DNA of 64,000 nt, from NCBI GenBank assembly GCA_001776935.1, contig MFDN01000015.1, forward strand, positions 30,130 to 94,129, read 5' to 3'. Source of the DNA: Candidatus Daviesbacteria bacterium RIFCSPLOWO2_01_FULL_39_23. Its GTDB lineage: Bacteria > Patescibacteriota > Microgenomatia > Daviesbacterales > UBA10151. Positions within the stretch are counted from its first letter, which is position 1; each line of letters opens with the position of its first letter. Made by a program: the position numbers and the translations under genes. Shown one piece after another: positions 45,818 through 56,143 of this stretch. The notes beneath the pieces were generated by a model that was not told where the DNA came from, ran no database searches, and was given only the letters and a program-made list of their open reading frames with translations.

Positions 45818-46465
45818 ATGTCAAATAAAATAAAGGCGGTAATTTTTGATATGGATGGTTTGATGATTGATACAGAACCGTTACATCTTTTAGCTTTTAA
45901 CGAAGTTTTTAAAAAATATGAAAAATTTTTATCTGCTGAAGAAAATACCAAAAGATATGTGGGAGTGTCGGACAAAGATGCCATAACAGATATGGTTATC
46001 AGATTCCATTTGCCTCTTTCCTCAAATGAACTGGCTTCGGCTAAACAAACAGAATATAAGAAATTAATACAGGAACAGTTAGTGCCTTTGCCGGGACTGA
46101 TTGGATTGTTGAAAAATTTACAAGATAACGGTTATAAAACCGCCATTGCTTCCGGTTCCACTAAAGAGGAGATAGAAATGGTTATAAAAAGGTTAGGGAT
46201 TGCTCCTTATATAGAAATCTATATTTCAGCTGACCAGGTGCAAAAAGGCAAACCGGCTCCGGATATATTTTTAAAAGCCGCAGAAAAATTAGGTGTTAAA
46301 CCAAATGAATGTTTGGTGCTGGAAGATGCGCCTAAAGGAGTACAGGCAGCCAAATCAGCGGGGATGATTTGTTTTGCAATTCCCAGTCTGCAAACTCAAG
46401 GGCAAGATTTTAGTCTGGCAGACAAAGTCTTAAATAATTTATCCCAGGTTTTTCAAATTATCTAA
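45818..46465 (+). CDS. HAD-IA hydrolase (beta-phosphoglucomutase-like)
   Basis: HAD motifs: I (FDMDGLMIDTE), II (ASGS), III (K...) and IV (LEDAPKGV). Confidence 0.8.
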   Translation: MSNKIKAVIFDMDGLMIDTEPLHLLAFNEVFKKYEKFLSAEENTKRYVGVSDKDAITDMVIRFHLPLSSNELASAKQTEYKKLIQEQLVPLPGLIGLLKNLQDNGYKTAIASGSTKEEIEMVIKRLGIAPYIEIYISADQVQKGKPAPDIFLKAAEKLGVKPNECLVLEDAPKGVQAAKSAGMICFAIPSLQTQGQDFSLADKVLNNLSQVFQII

Positions 46466-46496
46466 CTTCTATCTTCCATCATCTATCGTCCAGCTT

Positions 46497-47198
46497 TTAG
46501 CCTCTTGTAACTATACATTTAGGGCATCTTAAGGATTCCAGCTCAAAAATTTTGGCTTTTTCCTCAGATAGCTTAAATGTAATCTGGGATCCTTCATCCA
46601 CTTTCAATAAATCAGGGTTATTATCAAAAGATAGTGTGGCAGTTCCCCGTATTAATTTAAAAGTCACCTTATCGTTATCTTTAAAAAAGGAAGGAGCAGT
46701 TTTTTCAGTTGTATTATTAAAGGCAATCCCAAATCCGCTTTTGAAAGTTTTTCCTGTAATGCTTTTAAAATAACCTGTGGAGCCAAAAGGGGTTGATAAA
46801 ACTATGCCGTCTCCGATTAAGAGTTTTTCTTCTTGATTGGTCTTGAACCGAATAGTGTGAATAGGCGTTGCATTTCTTATTACAAAATCATTCAAGGCCA
46901 AAAGTTTTTGATAAAAAATTGTAGTCTCAAGTTTTGAATACTGCTTAATTTTTAGCCTGCCTTCTGCTAAGTTTTTTAGTAAAACTTCTTCTTTATGGTC
47001 AGGGCATTTTTTGCAAACAAGGCTGTTTCTGATAGGAAGCTTTGGAATGCCCGGATAAGTTCGCTCTGAAGAAAGCAGGGTGCCGTCTCCTCCGTAACTA
47101 ATGACAGCATCAGGATTTAATGCCGTTATCTCGAAGCCGAAACTTTTTACTAAATCTTCTATATCTTTGGAATTTTTACCAGTTAACAACACTTTCAT
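46497..47198 (-). CDS. nadK: NAD(+) kinase (short form)
   Basis: ISYGGDGTLL motif and the NDFVI / DG.V.STP.GSTGY regions. Confidence 0.75.
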   Translation of the reverse strand: MKVLLTGKNSKDIEDLVKSFGFEITALNPDAVISYGGDGTLLSSERTYPGIPKLPIRNSLVCKKCPDHKEEVLLKNLAEGRLKIKQYSKLETTIFYQKLLALNDFVIRNATPIHTIRFKTNQEEKLLIGDGIVLSTPFGSTGYFKSITGKTFKSGFGIAFNNTTEKTAPSFFKDNDKVTFKLIRGTATLSFDNNPDLLKVDEGSQITFKLSEEKAKIFELESLRCPKCIVTRG

Positions 47199-47253
47199 GG
47201 CCTAATGATACTATAAATTTTGCCAAAAAGTGCGTATACTGGGTTACATCATT

Positions 47254-47305
47254 TGTCATTCTGATCCGCCAGCAACTACGTAGCTGTGGGCGGATCAGAA
47301 TGCAG
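47254..47305. repeat. Miniature hairpin related to repeat family A (same TIRs, palindromic centre)
   Basis: tgtcattctgatccgcc-[agcaactacgtagctgtg]-ggcggatcagaatgcag; the TIR matches the family A ends (tgtcattctga / tcagaatgac). Confidence 0.65.
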
Positions 47306-47311
47306 AGGATT

Positions 47312-48550
47312 ATGAGTAAAACCTTATCTTTTCCGGCTCTAAGAGTGCCTGTTTTTAGAAATTATTTATTTGGAGCATTTATCTCCGAGATGGGGAATCA
47401 GATGCAGACAGTGGCTGTGGCCTGGCAGATTTATGAACTGACTAGAAATCCGCTTTATTTGGGGTTAATAGGTGTGGCAAATTTCGTACCCATCATGATT
47501 TTTTCCTTATTTGGAGGGTTGGCAGCGGACAAGTTAGACAGAAGAAAACTCTTAATTTGCAGTTTATTTGTACAAACCGTAATGGCTTTGATACTTTTTT
47601 ATCTAAGCCAAACAAATCAAATCAGTCCAACTTTAATTTATTTAATCCTGTTTTTTGTGGCAACTGCCCAGTCTTTTTCCGTTCCGGCCCGTTCCGCTAT
47701 TTTCCCAAATCTGGTGCCCAGGCAATTTTTTATGAATGCAGTTTCTTTGCATACCCTGCAATTCCAATCAGCCACCCTAATCGGTCCGGCTGTAGCCGGT
47801 TTTTTAATTGCGGGACTGAGTGTTTCTACAGTTTATCTGGTTAATGCATTCTCTTTTACATTTTTTATAGTCAGCGTTTTGTTAATTAAAGTTCCGGTTT
47901 TCAACCACGATAAAATAGTGGCATTTAATTTGAATTCTTTAAAAGAGGGTGTTAAGTTTGTGATTTCTACCCCGATATTATATTCCACGATGGTTTTGGA
48001 CTTTTTAGCTACCTTTTTTGGAACAGCTACCATTTTAATGCCGGTTTTTGCCAAAGATGTCTTACAGGTGGGGCCAGCCGGTTTGGGATTATTATATTCA
48101 GCTCCTGCCGTCGGCGGGGTGGCCGCAGGATTGATTTTATCTTCATTAAACAATATCAAAAATCAGGGAAAAATAATCCTGGGTGCTGTGTTGCTGTATG
48201 GGGCAGCCACCATAGGATTTGGGATGTCTAAGTTTTTACCATTATCAATATTTTTCCTGATTCTGGTAGGGCTTGGAGATATGACTTCCTCCATTGTCCG
48301 AAATACGGTAAGGCAGATGATAACGCCGGATCACCTAAGAGGCAGAATGGTTTCCATTATGAGGCTTTTCTTTCAGGGCGGGCCCCAGCTTGGGGAAATT
48401 GAAGCCGGATTTTTAGCCAAAGTCATTGGCGGCCCGGCTACGGTTGTAGTCGGAGGGGTAGGGGTAATCCTCATTACCTCCTTAATTGCCTGGAAAAATA
48501 AGAGTTTAAGGAATTTTCATCATGGAAAAGATGACAATTTAGTGACTTGA
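47312..48550 (+). CDS. MFS-family transporter. The ORF extends to 47120, but the upstream part overlaps the nadK 3' end and a hairpin repeat.
   Basis: 12 predicted TM helices; MFS-like loop GGLAADKLDRRK between TM2 and TM3. Confidence 0.7.
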   Translation: MSKTLSFPALRVPVFRNYLFGAFISEMGNQMQTVAVAWQIYELTRNPLYLGLIGVANFVPIMIFSLFGGLAADKLDRRKLLICSLFVQTVMALILFYLSQTNQISPTLIYLILFFVATAQSFSVPARSAIFPNLVPRQFFMNAVSLHTLQFQSATLIGPAVAGFLIAGLSVSTVYLVNAFSFTFFIVSVLLIKVPVFNHDKIVAFNLNSLKEGVKFVISTPILYSTMVLDFLATFFGTATILMPVFAKDVLQVGPAGLGLLYSAPAVGGVAAGLILSSLNNIKNQGKIILGAVLLYGAATIGFGMSKFLPLSIFFLILVGLGDMTSSIVRNTVRQMITPDHLRGRMVSIMRLFFQGGPQLGEIEAGFLAKVIGGPATVVVGGVGVILITSLIAWKNKSLRNFHHGKDDNLVT

Positions 48551-48560
48551 AATTGAAGTA

Positions 48561-48597
48561 TTGACAAATATTAGCACTCATGATATGTTACTGCTAA
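48561..48597 (+). promoter_or_regulatory. Sigma70-type promoter (TTGACA-17-TATGTT) overlapping a CIRCE-like HrcA operator (TTAGCACTC-N9-TACTGCTAA)
   Basis: Read directly 2-40 bp upstream of the hrcA ATG. The left half-site is a perfect CIRCE half; the right half matches 7/9. Confidence 0.6.
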
Positions 48598-48598
48598 C

Positions 48599-49327
48599 AT
48601 GACCGAGCTAAGCGAGCGGCAACAGGCGCTTTTAAAAGCAATAATTGAAGAATATATTGAGGCCGCAGAACCTGTAGGTTCAGAGGTTATTGAAAGAAAA
48701 CATACTTTAGGCGTCTCCCCTGCCACCATTAGAATTGAAATGGGACGCTTGACTGATATGGGATACTTGCGTCAGCCTCACACCTCTGCGGGTAGAACCC
48801 CGACTTCCATGGGCATGAAATTTTATATCTCTCAGCTGATGAAAGAAAAGACTCTGCCTGTGACAGCAGAAGTTTCCATTAAAGAGCGGATGATGTCCCA
48901 AAGATATAAGCAGGAAAGGCTGCTAAAAGAAGCTGTTTCTGCTTTAGCGCAAAGGCTGGATATGCTGGGGCTTGCTATTGATGATGCCGGTCAGCTGTAT
49001 TATGCCGGCGCCGCAAACATATTAGACTGGCCGGAGTTTTACGATATTGATGTAGCGCGGTTTGTATTGTCGCTTTTTGATGAGTGTCCACGTCTGCAGG
49101 AAATTATAGGAAGGGCAGTAGGGCCTGACCCGGTTCATATTCTTTTTGGCGAGGATATGGAGTTTGAATATCTGCGTTCAACAAGTTTTGTCTTTACAAA
49201 ATATGACTTGAACGCAGCTAAAGATGGAATCATTGGTGTAATCGGGCCGGCTAGGATGAATTTCCCGCTGGTTTTGCCTTATGTAAAATATGTCAGAGAT
49301 TTACTGGTGGAGGCAGGAAGAAGTTAA
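48599..49327 (+). CDS. hrcA: Heat-inducible transcription repressor HrcA (short form)
   Basis: N-terminal wHTH LSERQQALLKAIIEEYIEAAEPVGS; heads the grpE-dnaK-dnaJ operon. Confidence 0.8.
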   Translation: MTELSERQQALLKAIIEEYIEAAEPVGSEVIERKHTLGVSPATIRIEMGRLTDMGYLRQPHTSAGRTPTSMGMKFYISQLMKEKTLPVTAEVSIKERMMSQRYKQERLLKEAVSALAQRLDMLGLAIDDAGQLYYAGAANILDWPEFYDIDVARFVLSLFDECPRLQEIIGRAVGPDPVHILFGEDMEFEYLRSTSFVFTKYDLNAAKDGIIGVIGPARMNFPLVLPYVKYVRDLLVEAGRS

Positions 49328-49330
49328 GTT

Positions 49331-49894
49331 ATGAGTAAAAAACAGGACGAAAGCCAAAATATTAATGTGGAAGAGTTTGAAAAACTGCAAACAGAGTTTA
49401 ATAATTTGCAAACTTTAACAACTCAACTGGAAGGGCAATTAAAAAGAGCAGTAGCTGACTATCATAATTTGGAAAAAAGAGTTGCAGAAGGACGGTCTGA
49501 ATTGACAAGATGGGGAACCAGTGCATTATTAACGCGGATTTTGCCTGTTTTAGATCATTTGGAAAAGGTGGTCGACTTTGGTCGGCCAGCCTTGAGCGAG
49601 CGAAGCGAGTCGAAGGACTGGTTTAAGGGAGTAGAAATGGCGGTAAAGGAACTTACAGGGGTTTTGCAATCCGAAGGCCTGGAACAAATTGCAGCAGATG
49701 GACAGTTTGACCCCAATATGCATGAGGCTCTTGACACAAGGGAGGGTGAGGATAATAAAATATTAGAGGTTGTTAAAAAGGGGTATACTTTAAACGGAAA
49801 AGTCTTAAGACCAGCTGGGGTAGTAGTTGGTAGAAAGCAAGAATCAAGCAATGAGAATCAAGAATTAAGGAAGGAGAAAGAAACTAGTCTCTAG
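49331..49894 (+). CDS. grpE: Nucleotide exchange factor GrpE
   Basis: Coiled-coil N-terminus, then ...ILPVLDHLEK and a C-terminal beta domain; position between hrcA and dnaK. Confidence 0.8.
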   Translation: MSKKQDESQNINVEEFEKLQTEFNNLQTLTTQLEGQLKRAVADYHNLEKRVAEGRSELTRWGTSALLTRILPVLDHLEKVVDFGRPALSERSESKDWFKGVEMAVKELTGVLQSEGLEQIAADGQFDPNMHEALDTREGEDNKILEVVKKGYTLNGKVLRPAGVVVGRKQESSNENQELRKEKETSL

Positions 49895-49920
49895 ACTCTA
49901 GCGACTAGTCACTAAACAAT

Positions 49921-51882
49921 ATGGCTAAAATTGTAGGAATAGATTTAGGAACAACTAATAGCTGTGTGGCAGTCATGGAAGGCGGAAAACCAAAAGTAAT
50001 CCATTCTGCTGAAGGGGAAAATATTATCCCCTCTGTTGTTAATCCCTTAAAAAATGTGGTCGGCCGCGTTGCCAAACGTCAGGCAATTGTTAACCCCAAA
50101 GAAACAATTTTTTCTATCAAAAGACTGATGGGTCGCAAGTTTAAAGACCCGGAGGTGCAAAGAGATATTAAATGGCTTCCATACACCATCAAAGAAGGAC
50201 GCGAAGGGATGGCAGTTGTGGAAGTGGAGGGTCATGAATACACCCCGCAGGAAATTTCTGCTCAGATTTTACAAAAAATAAAAGCAGATGCAGAATCCTA
50301 TTTAGGAGAAAAAGTCACTGATGTGGTAATTACTGTGCCGGCTTACTTTGATGATGCCCAAAGGCAGGCCACCAAACAGGCAGGAGAGATTGCCGGGTTA
50401 AATGTCCAAAGAATTATTAATGAGCCGACTGCTGCAGCTTTGGCATATGGTTTGGATAAATCCCACGCCCACACCATTGCTGTTTATGATCTGGGAGGCG
50501 GAACCTTTGATATTTCCATTTTGGAGCTTGGAGACGGGGTAATTGAGGTAAAATCCACTAACGGCGATACCCACTTGGGCGGGGATGATTTTGATCAGGT
50601 TATTTTAGACTTTCTGGCAGAGGAGTTTAAAAAAGAACAGGGTATTGATCTAAAAGGCGACCGGCAGGCTTTGCAAAGGTTACGTGATGCAGCGGAAAAA
50701 GCCAAAATTGAATTGTCCTCTACTCAGGAAGCGTCAATTTCTATTCCATTTGTAACTGCAGACTCTTCCGGACCAAAGCATCTGGAGATGAGGCTGTCCC
50801 GGGCAAAACTTGAGGCTATGGTTAAGCCTTTGATTGATAAAACCTTTGAAGCGGTAAAGGCTGCCTTAAAAGATGCTAAACTGGAAGCTTCCAAAATTGA
50901 TGAGGTAGTTTTGGTAGGAGGAATGACAAGGATGCCTTCGGTACAAAAGGCTGTCCAGGATTTCTTTGGCAAAGAACCACACAAAGGCATAAACCCGGAT
51001 GAGGTAGTAGCAGTGGGCGCAGCAATTCAGGGAGGAGTTTTAGGCGGGGAAGTTAAAGATGTTTTGCTTTTGGACGTAACACCTTTAACTTTAGGCATTG
51101 AAACTTTGGGAGGAGTTAGAACCCCTCTTATTTCCAGAAATACCACAATTCCCTCTTCTAAATCAGAAGTTTTCTCAACTGCTGCTGATAACCAAACTTC
51201 GGTGGAAATCAATGTCTTGCAGGGGGAGAGGGAAATGGCTGCGGATAATAAATCCTTAGGTAAATTTATCCTTGATGGGATTCCGCCTTCGCCCCGGGGA
51301 GCGCCGCAGGTAGAGGTGACTTTTGACATTGATGCCAATGGAATTTTAAATGTGACAGCGCATGATAAAGCCACCGGCAAAAAACAAAATATTACCATCA
51401 CCGGTTCCACAGGACTTTCAAAAGATGAAGTAGAAAAGATGACTAAGGAAGCTGAGGCTCATGCTGAAGAAGACAGGAAGAAGAAAGAAGAAGTGGAAAT
51501 CAGGAATCAGGCAGATACTTTGGTCTTTACAGCGGAAAGAACTTTAAAAGATGCCGGAGATAAGGTAGATCCTCAGATAAGAACAGACGTAGAGCAAAAG
51601 CTAAATGATCTAAAAGGCGTTATCCAGACAGCTTCTCCTGAGGATCTGAAGCCTAAGATGGAAGCACTATCAGAAGTTTTGCAAAAAGTGGGAGCTGCTA
51701 TGTATCAACAACAGGGTCAGCAAGGTCCGCAAGCAGCGGGGGAGCAGTCTGCCGGCGAGCAACCTGTCGGTGATGAACAGCCAAAAGAAGAAGCTCCTAA
51801 AACAGAGGACGCGTCATCTGAGACTGGCGCGAAAGAGGAAGCTGTAGAAGGTGAAGTGGTGGAGGAAGAAAAGAAAGACTAG
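49921..51882 (+). CDS. dnaK: Molecular chaperone DnaK (Hsp70)
   Basis: [17 protein letters not shown] and [10 protein letters not shown] signatures; acidic C-terminal tail. Confidence 0.95.
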   Translation: MAKIVGIDLGTTNSCVAVMEGGKPKVIHSAEGENIIPSVVNPLKNVVGRVAKRQAIVNPKETIFSIKRLMGRKFKDPEVQRDIKWLPYTIKEGREGMAVVEVEGHEYTPQEISAQILQKIKADAESYLGEKVTDVVITVPAYFDDAQRQATKQAGEIAGLNVQRIINEPTAAALAYGLDKSHAHTIAVYDLGGGTFDISILELGDGVIEVKSTNGDTHLGGDDFDQVILDFLAEEFKKEQGIDLKGDRQALQRLRDAAEKAKIELSSTQEASISIPFVTADSSGPKHLEMRLSRAKLEAMVKPLIDKTFEAVKAALKDAKLEASKIDEVVLVGGMTRMPSVQKAVQDFFGKEPHKGINPDEVVAVGAAIQGGVLGGEVKDVLLLDVTPLTLGIETLGGVRTPLISRNTTIPSSKSEVFSTAADNQTSVEINVLQGEREMAADNKSLGKFILDGIPPSPRGAPQVEVTFDIDANGILNVTAHDKATGKKQNITITGSTGLSKDEVEKMTKEAEAHAEEDRKKKEEVEIRNQADTLVFTAERTLKDAGDKVDPQIRTDVEQKLNDLKGVIQTASPEDLKPKMEALSEVLQKVGAAMYQQQGQQGPQAAGEQSAGEQPVGDEQPKEEAPKTEDASSETGAKEEAVEGEVVEEEKKD

Positions 51883-52025
51883 TAGTTAGAGTCTAGAGTT
51901 AAGAGTTTGGAATGCCTCGGGCAACCGGGGCTTTTTTAATCTGAAGATGTACAATGTATAATGAGCAATCTATATGGCTACAAAAAGAGATTTAGATCGA
52001 AGATCGCAAGATTTTTTACTAATAT

Positions 52026-52982
52026 ATGAGTAAAAGAGATTATTACGAAATATTGGGGATAACTAAAAGTGCTTCGGAGGCAGAGGTAAAATCTGCTTAC
52101 AGAAAACTGGCCAGGAAGCATCACCCGGATATAGATAAATCAGCCGGAGCAGCTGAAAGGTTTAAGGAACTAGGGGAGGCATACCAGGTTTTATCTGATC
52201 CGCAAAAGAAACAGGCTTATGATCAGTTTGGACACGCGGCTTTTGATAGGTCTGCAGGCTTTGGAGGAGGAGCGCCTGGTGGAGCAGGCGGGTTTAATCC
52301 TTTTGGCGGAGGTGGAGGATTTAAAACTTATTCATGGTCCTCTGGGGGTGGTAATCCCTTCGGTTCCGCTCAGGGCGGGCCGAATATCCAGTTTGATTTT
52401 GGGGGATTTGAGGATCCGTTTGAGCTGTTTGAACAAATTTTCGGCGGAGGAGGTTCGCCTTTTGGGGGATTACACCGCCGGCCGGTCTACCAGCTTAATT
52501 TAACTTTTGAGGAAGCAATCACCGGTGTAACAAAAGAAGTAGAAGTAGAATCAAGGACAGCAGAAGGCAGGGTGCAACGGCGGAGGATGAAAATTAAGGT
52601 TCCGGCAGGAGTGGATAATGGAACAAAAATGAGGTTTGGAGATATGGATATTGTGTTTAATGTTGCCAGAACCTCAAAGTTTATACGTGAAGGGGCTGAT
52701 ATTTTTTCCGAGATTACGGTTAATATTCCACAACTTGTTTTAGGGGATATTTTTGAAGTAGAAACAGTTCAGGAGAAGGTAAAGGTACGGGTTCCGCCAG
52801 GTACTCAGCCAGGTTCTCTGGTTAAATTAAAAGGTAAAGGTGTATCAAGGTTGGGTGCAGCCGGCCGGGGGGATCATTATGTCAGAGTAAACTTAAATGT
52901 GCCTCAGCATCCCTCAAAAGAAGAAAAACAGCTTTATGAAGAATTAAAAAACTTGTCTTCAAAAAAGAAAAGCTGGTTTTAA
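52026..52982 (+). CDS. dnaJ: DnaJ-class co-chaperone (J domain plus G/F region; no CxxCxGxG zinc-finger repeats)
   Basis: DYYEILGI...HPD J-domain, then a Gly/Phe-rich linker. No Cys repeats, so it is a type-B architecture. Confidence 0.85.
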   Translation: MSKRDYYEILGITKSASEAEVKSAYRKLARKHHPDIDKSAGAAERFKELGEAYQVLSDPQKKQAYDQFGHAAFDRSAGFGGGAPGGAGGFNPFGGGGGFKTYSWSSGGGNPFGSAQGGPNIQFDFGGFEDPFELFEQIFGGGGSPFGGLHRRPVYQLNLTFEEAITGVTKEVEVESRTAEGRVQRRRMKIKVPAGVDNGTKMRFGDMDIVFNVARTSKFIREGADIFSEITVNIPQLVLGDIFEVETVQEKVKVRVPPGTQPGSLVKLKGKGVSRLGAAGRGDHYVRVNLNVPQHPSKEEKQLYEELKNLSSKKKSWF

Positions 52983-53053
52983 CTTAATTTTAAAAGTTGA
53001 CTTCAATTTGGGAAAGATTTAGAATACAGATGTTAATAATCAAGGGACCTGAA

Positions 53054-53080
53054 AGGTGGGCTAGTCCCACCTTTTTTTAA
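53054..53080 (+). terminator. Rho-independent terminator after dnaJ
   Basis: aggtggg-ctagt-cccacct stem-loop followed by a T7 run. Confidence 0.6.
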
Positions 53081-53188
53081 GCTAAAGCTTAAAAATGATC
53101 AAGTACCAAATAACAAGATACAAACAAAATTTAAATTTGTTTGGAAACTTGTATTTTGAAATTTGATTATTACAACCGAAGGGAGTTT

Positions 53189-54481
53189 ATGGCACAAGCT
53201 AGAACAGAATTTGCAGCAGCGTTAAATCAAATCGCCTCTGAAAAAGGGGTTGACTCTGAGGTGGTTTTAGATGCCATCAGGTTTGCCGCCTTGGCTGCGT
53301 ATAAAAAGGATTTGATGCTTCGTAATGAACCAGTTCCTGAAGACTTTGAGAAATTTATTTCAAAAGTGGACCCAGTAACCGGGGAAATATCCATTTATGA
53401 CGGGGATAAAAATGTTACTCCTCCGGGATTTGCCCGGATTGCTGCCTCCATTGCCAAACAGGTGATAATGCAAAGGCTGAATGAAGCAGAAAGAGGCACA
53501 ATTTTGGCAGAATATGAAGGTAAGGTTGGAACTGTTATTTCAGGCAGCATACAAAGACAGGAAGGAAATACTTTTTTTATAGATTTAGGCAGGGCAGAAG
53601 GCATTTTGCCGCCATCAGAACAGGTTCATACGGAAGGTTATCATCAAAATCAGAGATTAAAGTTTTTGGTTAAAGAAATCCGTGAAGGCGGCAGGGGTGG
53701 AGCTGAGATTGTTGTTTCCAGATCAGATCCGAATTTGGTGAAAGCGCTTTTTGCTCTTGAAGTGCCGGAAATTCAATCAGGAGCCTGTGATATTAAAGTT
53801 ATCGCAAGAGAGGCAGGCTCAAGGACTAAAATTGCCGCTTTTTCTTCACAAGACGGGGTTGATCCGGTTGGATCTTTAGTAGGGCAAAAAGGAGTCAGGG
53901 TGCAGGCTGTGATAAGTGAATTAGGCGAAGAAAAGATTGATATTATAAGTTATTCTGACGATCCGGCCAGATTTATCGCAGCTGCTCTGTCTCCTGCAAA
54001 AGATATTCAAGTTAGTTTAAATGAAAAAGATAAAATAGCCACAGTTACAGTTCCGCAGAATCAGCTTTCTCTGGCAATCGGAAAAGGCGGACAAAATGTC
54101 CGGCTTGCCGCTAAATTAACCGGCTGGAAGATTGATATTGAAGGAGCAGAAGAGCCGGAAGTTGCTAAAGAAGAAGCCAGGCCGGAGAGCGAAGCCGTAA
54201 AGGAAGATGTAGCAGCAAAGACTGGTGAGAAAAAAGAAAAAGCACAAAGTGAACCCGTTCCCGCAGAGGACGCAAAAATAACAGAAAATAAAGAGCAAGC
54301 GAAAGAGGCTATAGAAGAAGAGGTTTCTGAAGCTGAGGAAAATGCAACAACTGCTAAAGAGAAAATAGCAGCAGAGGAAGCAGGGGAAGTTTTAGAAAAA
54401 GCAGTTGATGAAGAAAACCCCCAGCAGGAAAAACAGCAACTGGAAGAAGCAATTGGAGAATCAGGTACGGGTAGTCAGTAG
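53189..54481 (+). CDS. nusA: Transcription termination/antitermination factor NusA with acidic C-terminal extension. The ORF extends to 53141.
   Basis: N-terminal domain, S1 and two KH domains (IGKGGQNV). Start MAQART preferred. Confidence 0.85.
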   Translation: MAQARTEFAAALNQIASEKGVDSEVVLDAIRFAALAAYKKDLMLRNEPVPEDFEKFISKVDPVTGEISIYDGDKNVTPPGFARIAASIAKQVIMQRLNEAERGTILAEYEGKVGTVISGSIQRQEGNTFFIDLGRAEGILPPSEQVHTEGYHQNQRLKFLVKEIREGGRGGAEIVVSRSDPNLVKALFALEVPEIQSGACDIKVIAREAGSRTKIAAFSSQDGVDPVGSLVGQKGVRVQAVISELGEEKIDIISYSDDPARFIAAALSPAKDIQVSLNEKDKIATVTVPQNQLSLAIGKGGQNVRLAAKLTGWKIDIEGAEEPEVAKEEARPESEAVKEDVAAKTGEKKEKAQSEPVPAEDAKITENKEQAKEAIEEEVSEAEENATTAKEKIAAEEAGEVLEKAVDEENPQQEKQQLEEAIGESGTGSQ

Positions 54482-54566
54482 TATGTATTAAGTATTATGT
54501 ATTAAGGGTATGAAAACATTGAATTTATTATTTCCCATAATACTAACTGCTTGATACTTAATACTT
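54478..54566. repeat. Hairpin repeat family B copy (imperfect inverted repeat rich in gtattaagta / tattatggg)
   Basis: Left arm agtatgtattaagtattatgtattaaggg pairs with right arm cccataatactaactgcttgatacttaatac. Shares ttgatacttaatac with the copy at 63277-63354. Confidence 0.7.
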
Positions 54567-54597
54567 TCTCGGTATCGAAAGGAGAAAATAATTAAGT

Positions 54598-56046
54598 ATG
54601 AGTGAAATTAACAGATCACCTATCGTAACAATCCTTGGCCATGTTGATCATGGCAAAACTACGCTTTTGGATTTTATCCGTAAATCTTCTGTGGCTGCAA
54701 AAGAACACGGAGGAATTACTCAACATATTGGTGCATATCAAATTCCCCACAACTCCAATCTAATCACCTTTATTGATACTCCCGGGCATGCGGCTTTTGA
54801 AAAAATGCGCTCCCGGGGGGCCAAAGTGGCAGATATTGCTATCCTAGTTGTGGCTGTTGATGATGGAATTATGCCTCAAACTGAGGAAGCTATAAAGCAT
54901 ATTAAAGGGGCAAAAGTGCCAATTATTGTGGCTGTTAATAAGGTGGATCTGCCGGGTGTTAATACCAAAGTTCAGCTTGATAAGATAAAAAAACAATTGT
55001 CTGACAGGGAAATTATGCCGGAAGAATATGGGGGAGATGTGCCTGTGGTGCCGCTTTCTGCAAAAACAGGTGAAGGCGTAGACAAGCTTCTGGAGATGAT
55101 TTTGCTGGTTGCAGAAATGAACGAATTAAAGGGCGATCCTGCTTTGCCTGCCGCCGGCGTAGTGATTGAATCTAATTTGGATAAATTTAAGGGGCCTGTG
55201 GCCAGCATCTTAATAAGAAACGGAACTCTCAAAAAAGGAGATCAAATAACAATAGGCGGAGTAAAAAGTAAAGTCAGGGGTATGTTTGATTCCAATGGTA
55301 AATCTGTGGATTCTGCTGGCCCATCTGTTCCTGTAGAAGTTCTTGGACTGGAGGCTGTGCCGCAAGTTGGGGCAGTATTGGGAGAGCTTGCAGAAGTAAA
55401 AGAAGCTGAAGCGATTCAGTCTTTGGTGGACAGGCTTAAGCAAGGGGATGCAAAATCCCTAAAAGTGGTTATTAAAGCTGATAAGCAGGGGTCTTTGGAG
55501 GCAATTGAAGCATCTTTGGATAAATTTAATGTTGAGAGAAAAATAGTGACTGTAATTTCTAGCGGTACCGGAGATATAGGAGAGGAGAATATTAAACTTG
55601 CTGCAACTGTGGGAGCTATCGTAATCGGTTTTAACGTTAAAATCTCCTCTTCTGCGCAAAAACTTGCAGAAAACGAGCATGTTTTAATAAGAAATTACAA
55701 TATTATTTATGAACTTTTGGAAGATGTGGAAGAGGTTGTAAATACTTTACTTGAGGTTGGGCAACTGGAAGAAGTTTTAGGCAAAGCCAATATTATTGCA
55801 GAGTTTCCGCACGGTAAAAATGAAAAGATTGCCGGTTGCAGAATGATAGAGGGAATTATTGCTAAAGGACAAAAAATCAGGGTTGTGCGGGAAGGGCAAA
55901 AAATTGGCGAAACAAAGCTTAAATCATTGAAAAAAGTCAAAGAAGAAGTAAATAAAGTGGAAAAGGGTAATGACTGCGGGATGCTTTTTGATCCTCCGGT
56001 TGATTTTGCAATCGGCGATACCGTCGAATCCTTCAGGGTAATTTAA
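54598..56046 (+). CDS. infB: Translation initiation factor IF-2, short form lacking the N-terminal region
   Basis: G domain starts at residue about 8 (ILGHVDHGKTTLLD); DTPGH, NKVD; beta-barrel II and C-terminal domains present. Confidence 0.85.
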   Translation: MSEINRSPIVTILGHVDHGKTTLLDFIRKSSVAAKEHGGITQHIGAYQIPHNSNLITFIDTPGHAAFEKMRSRGAKVADIAILVVAVDDGIMPQTEEAIKHIKGAKVPIIVAVNKVDLPGVNTKVQLDKIKKQLSDREIMPEEYGGDVPVVPLSAKTGEGVDKLLEMILLVAEMNELKGDPALPAAGVVIESNLDKFKGPVASILIRNGTLKKGDQITIGGVKSKVRGMFDSNGKSVDSAGPSVPVEVLGLEAVPQVGAVLGELAEVKEAEAIQSLVDRLKQGDAKSLKVVIKADKQGSLEAIEASLDKFNVERKIVTVISSGTGDIGEENIKLAATVGAIVIGFNVKISSSAQKLAENEHVLIRNYNIIYELLEDVEEVVNTLLEVGQLEEVLGKANIIAEFPHGKNEKIAGCRMIEGIIAKGQKIRVVREGQKIGETKLKSLKKVKEEVNKVEKGNDCGMLFDPPVDFAIGDTVESFRVI

Positions 56047-56143
56047 GCACACTTGATTTTTATAGACGTGGACTGTAATAGTCTACGCAAAGCCTTGACT
56101 ATTATGGGCTAGTGGTGGTAGAATTGGCCTGTTTCTAAAATAT

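Noticed and set aside
49861-51900. Inverted repeats flanking dnaK (tctagactctag upstream, agagtctagag downstream)
   Set aside because: They are short (11-12 nt), separated by 2 kb, and rich in the ctag palindrome. They are likely coincidental or simple terminator/UTR elements, not a mobile-element boundary.
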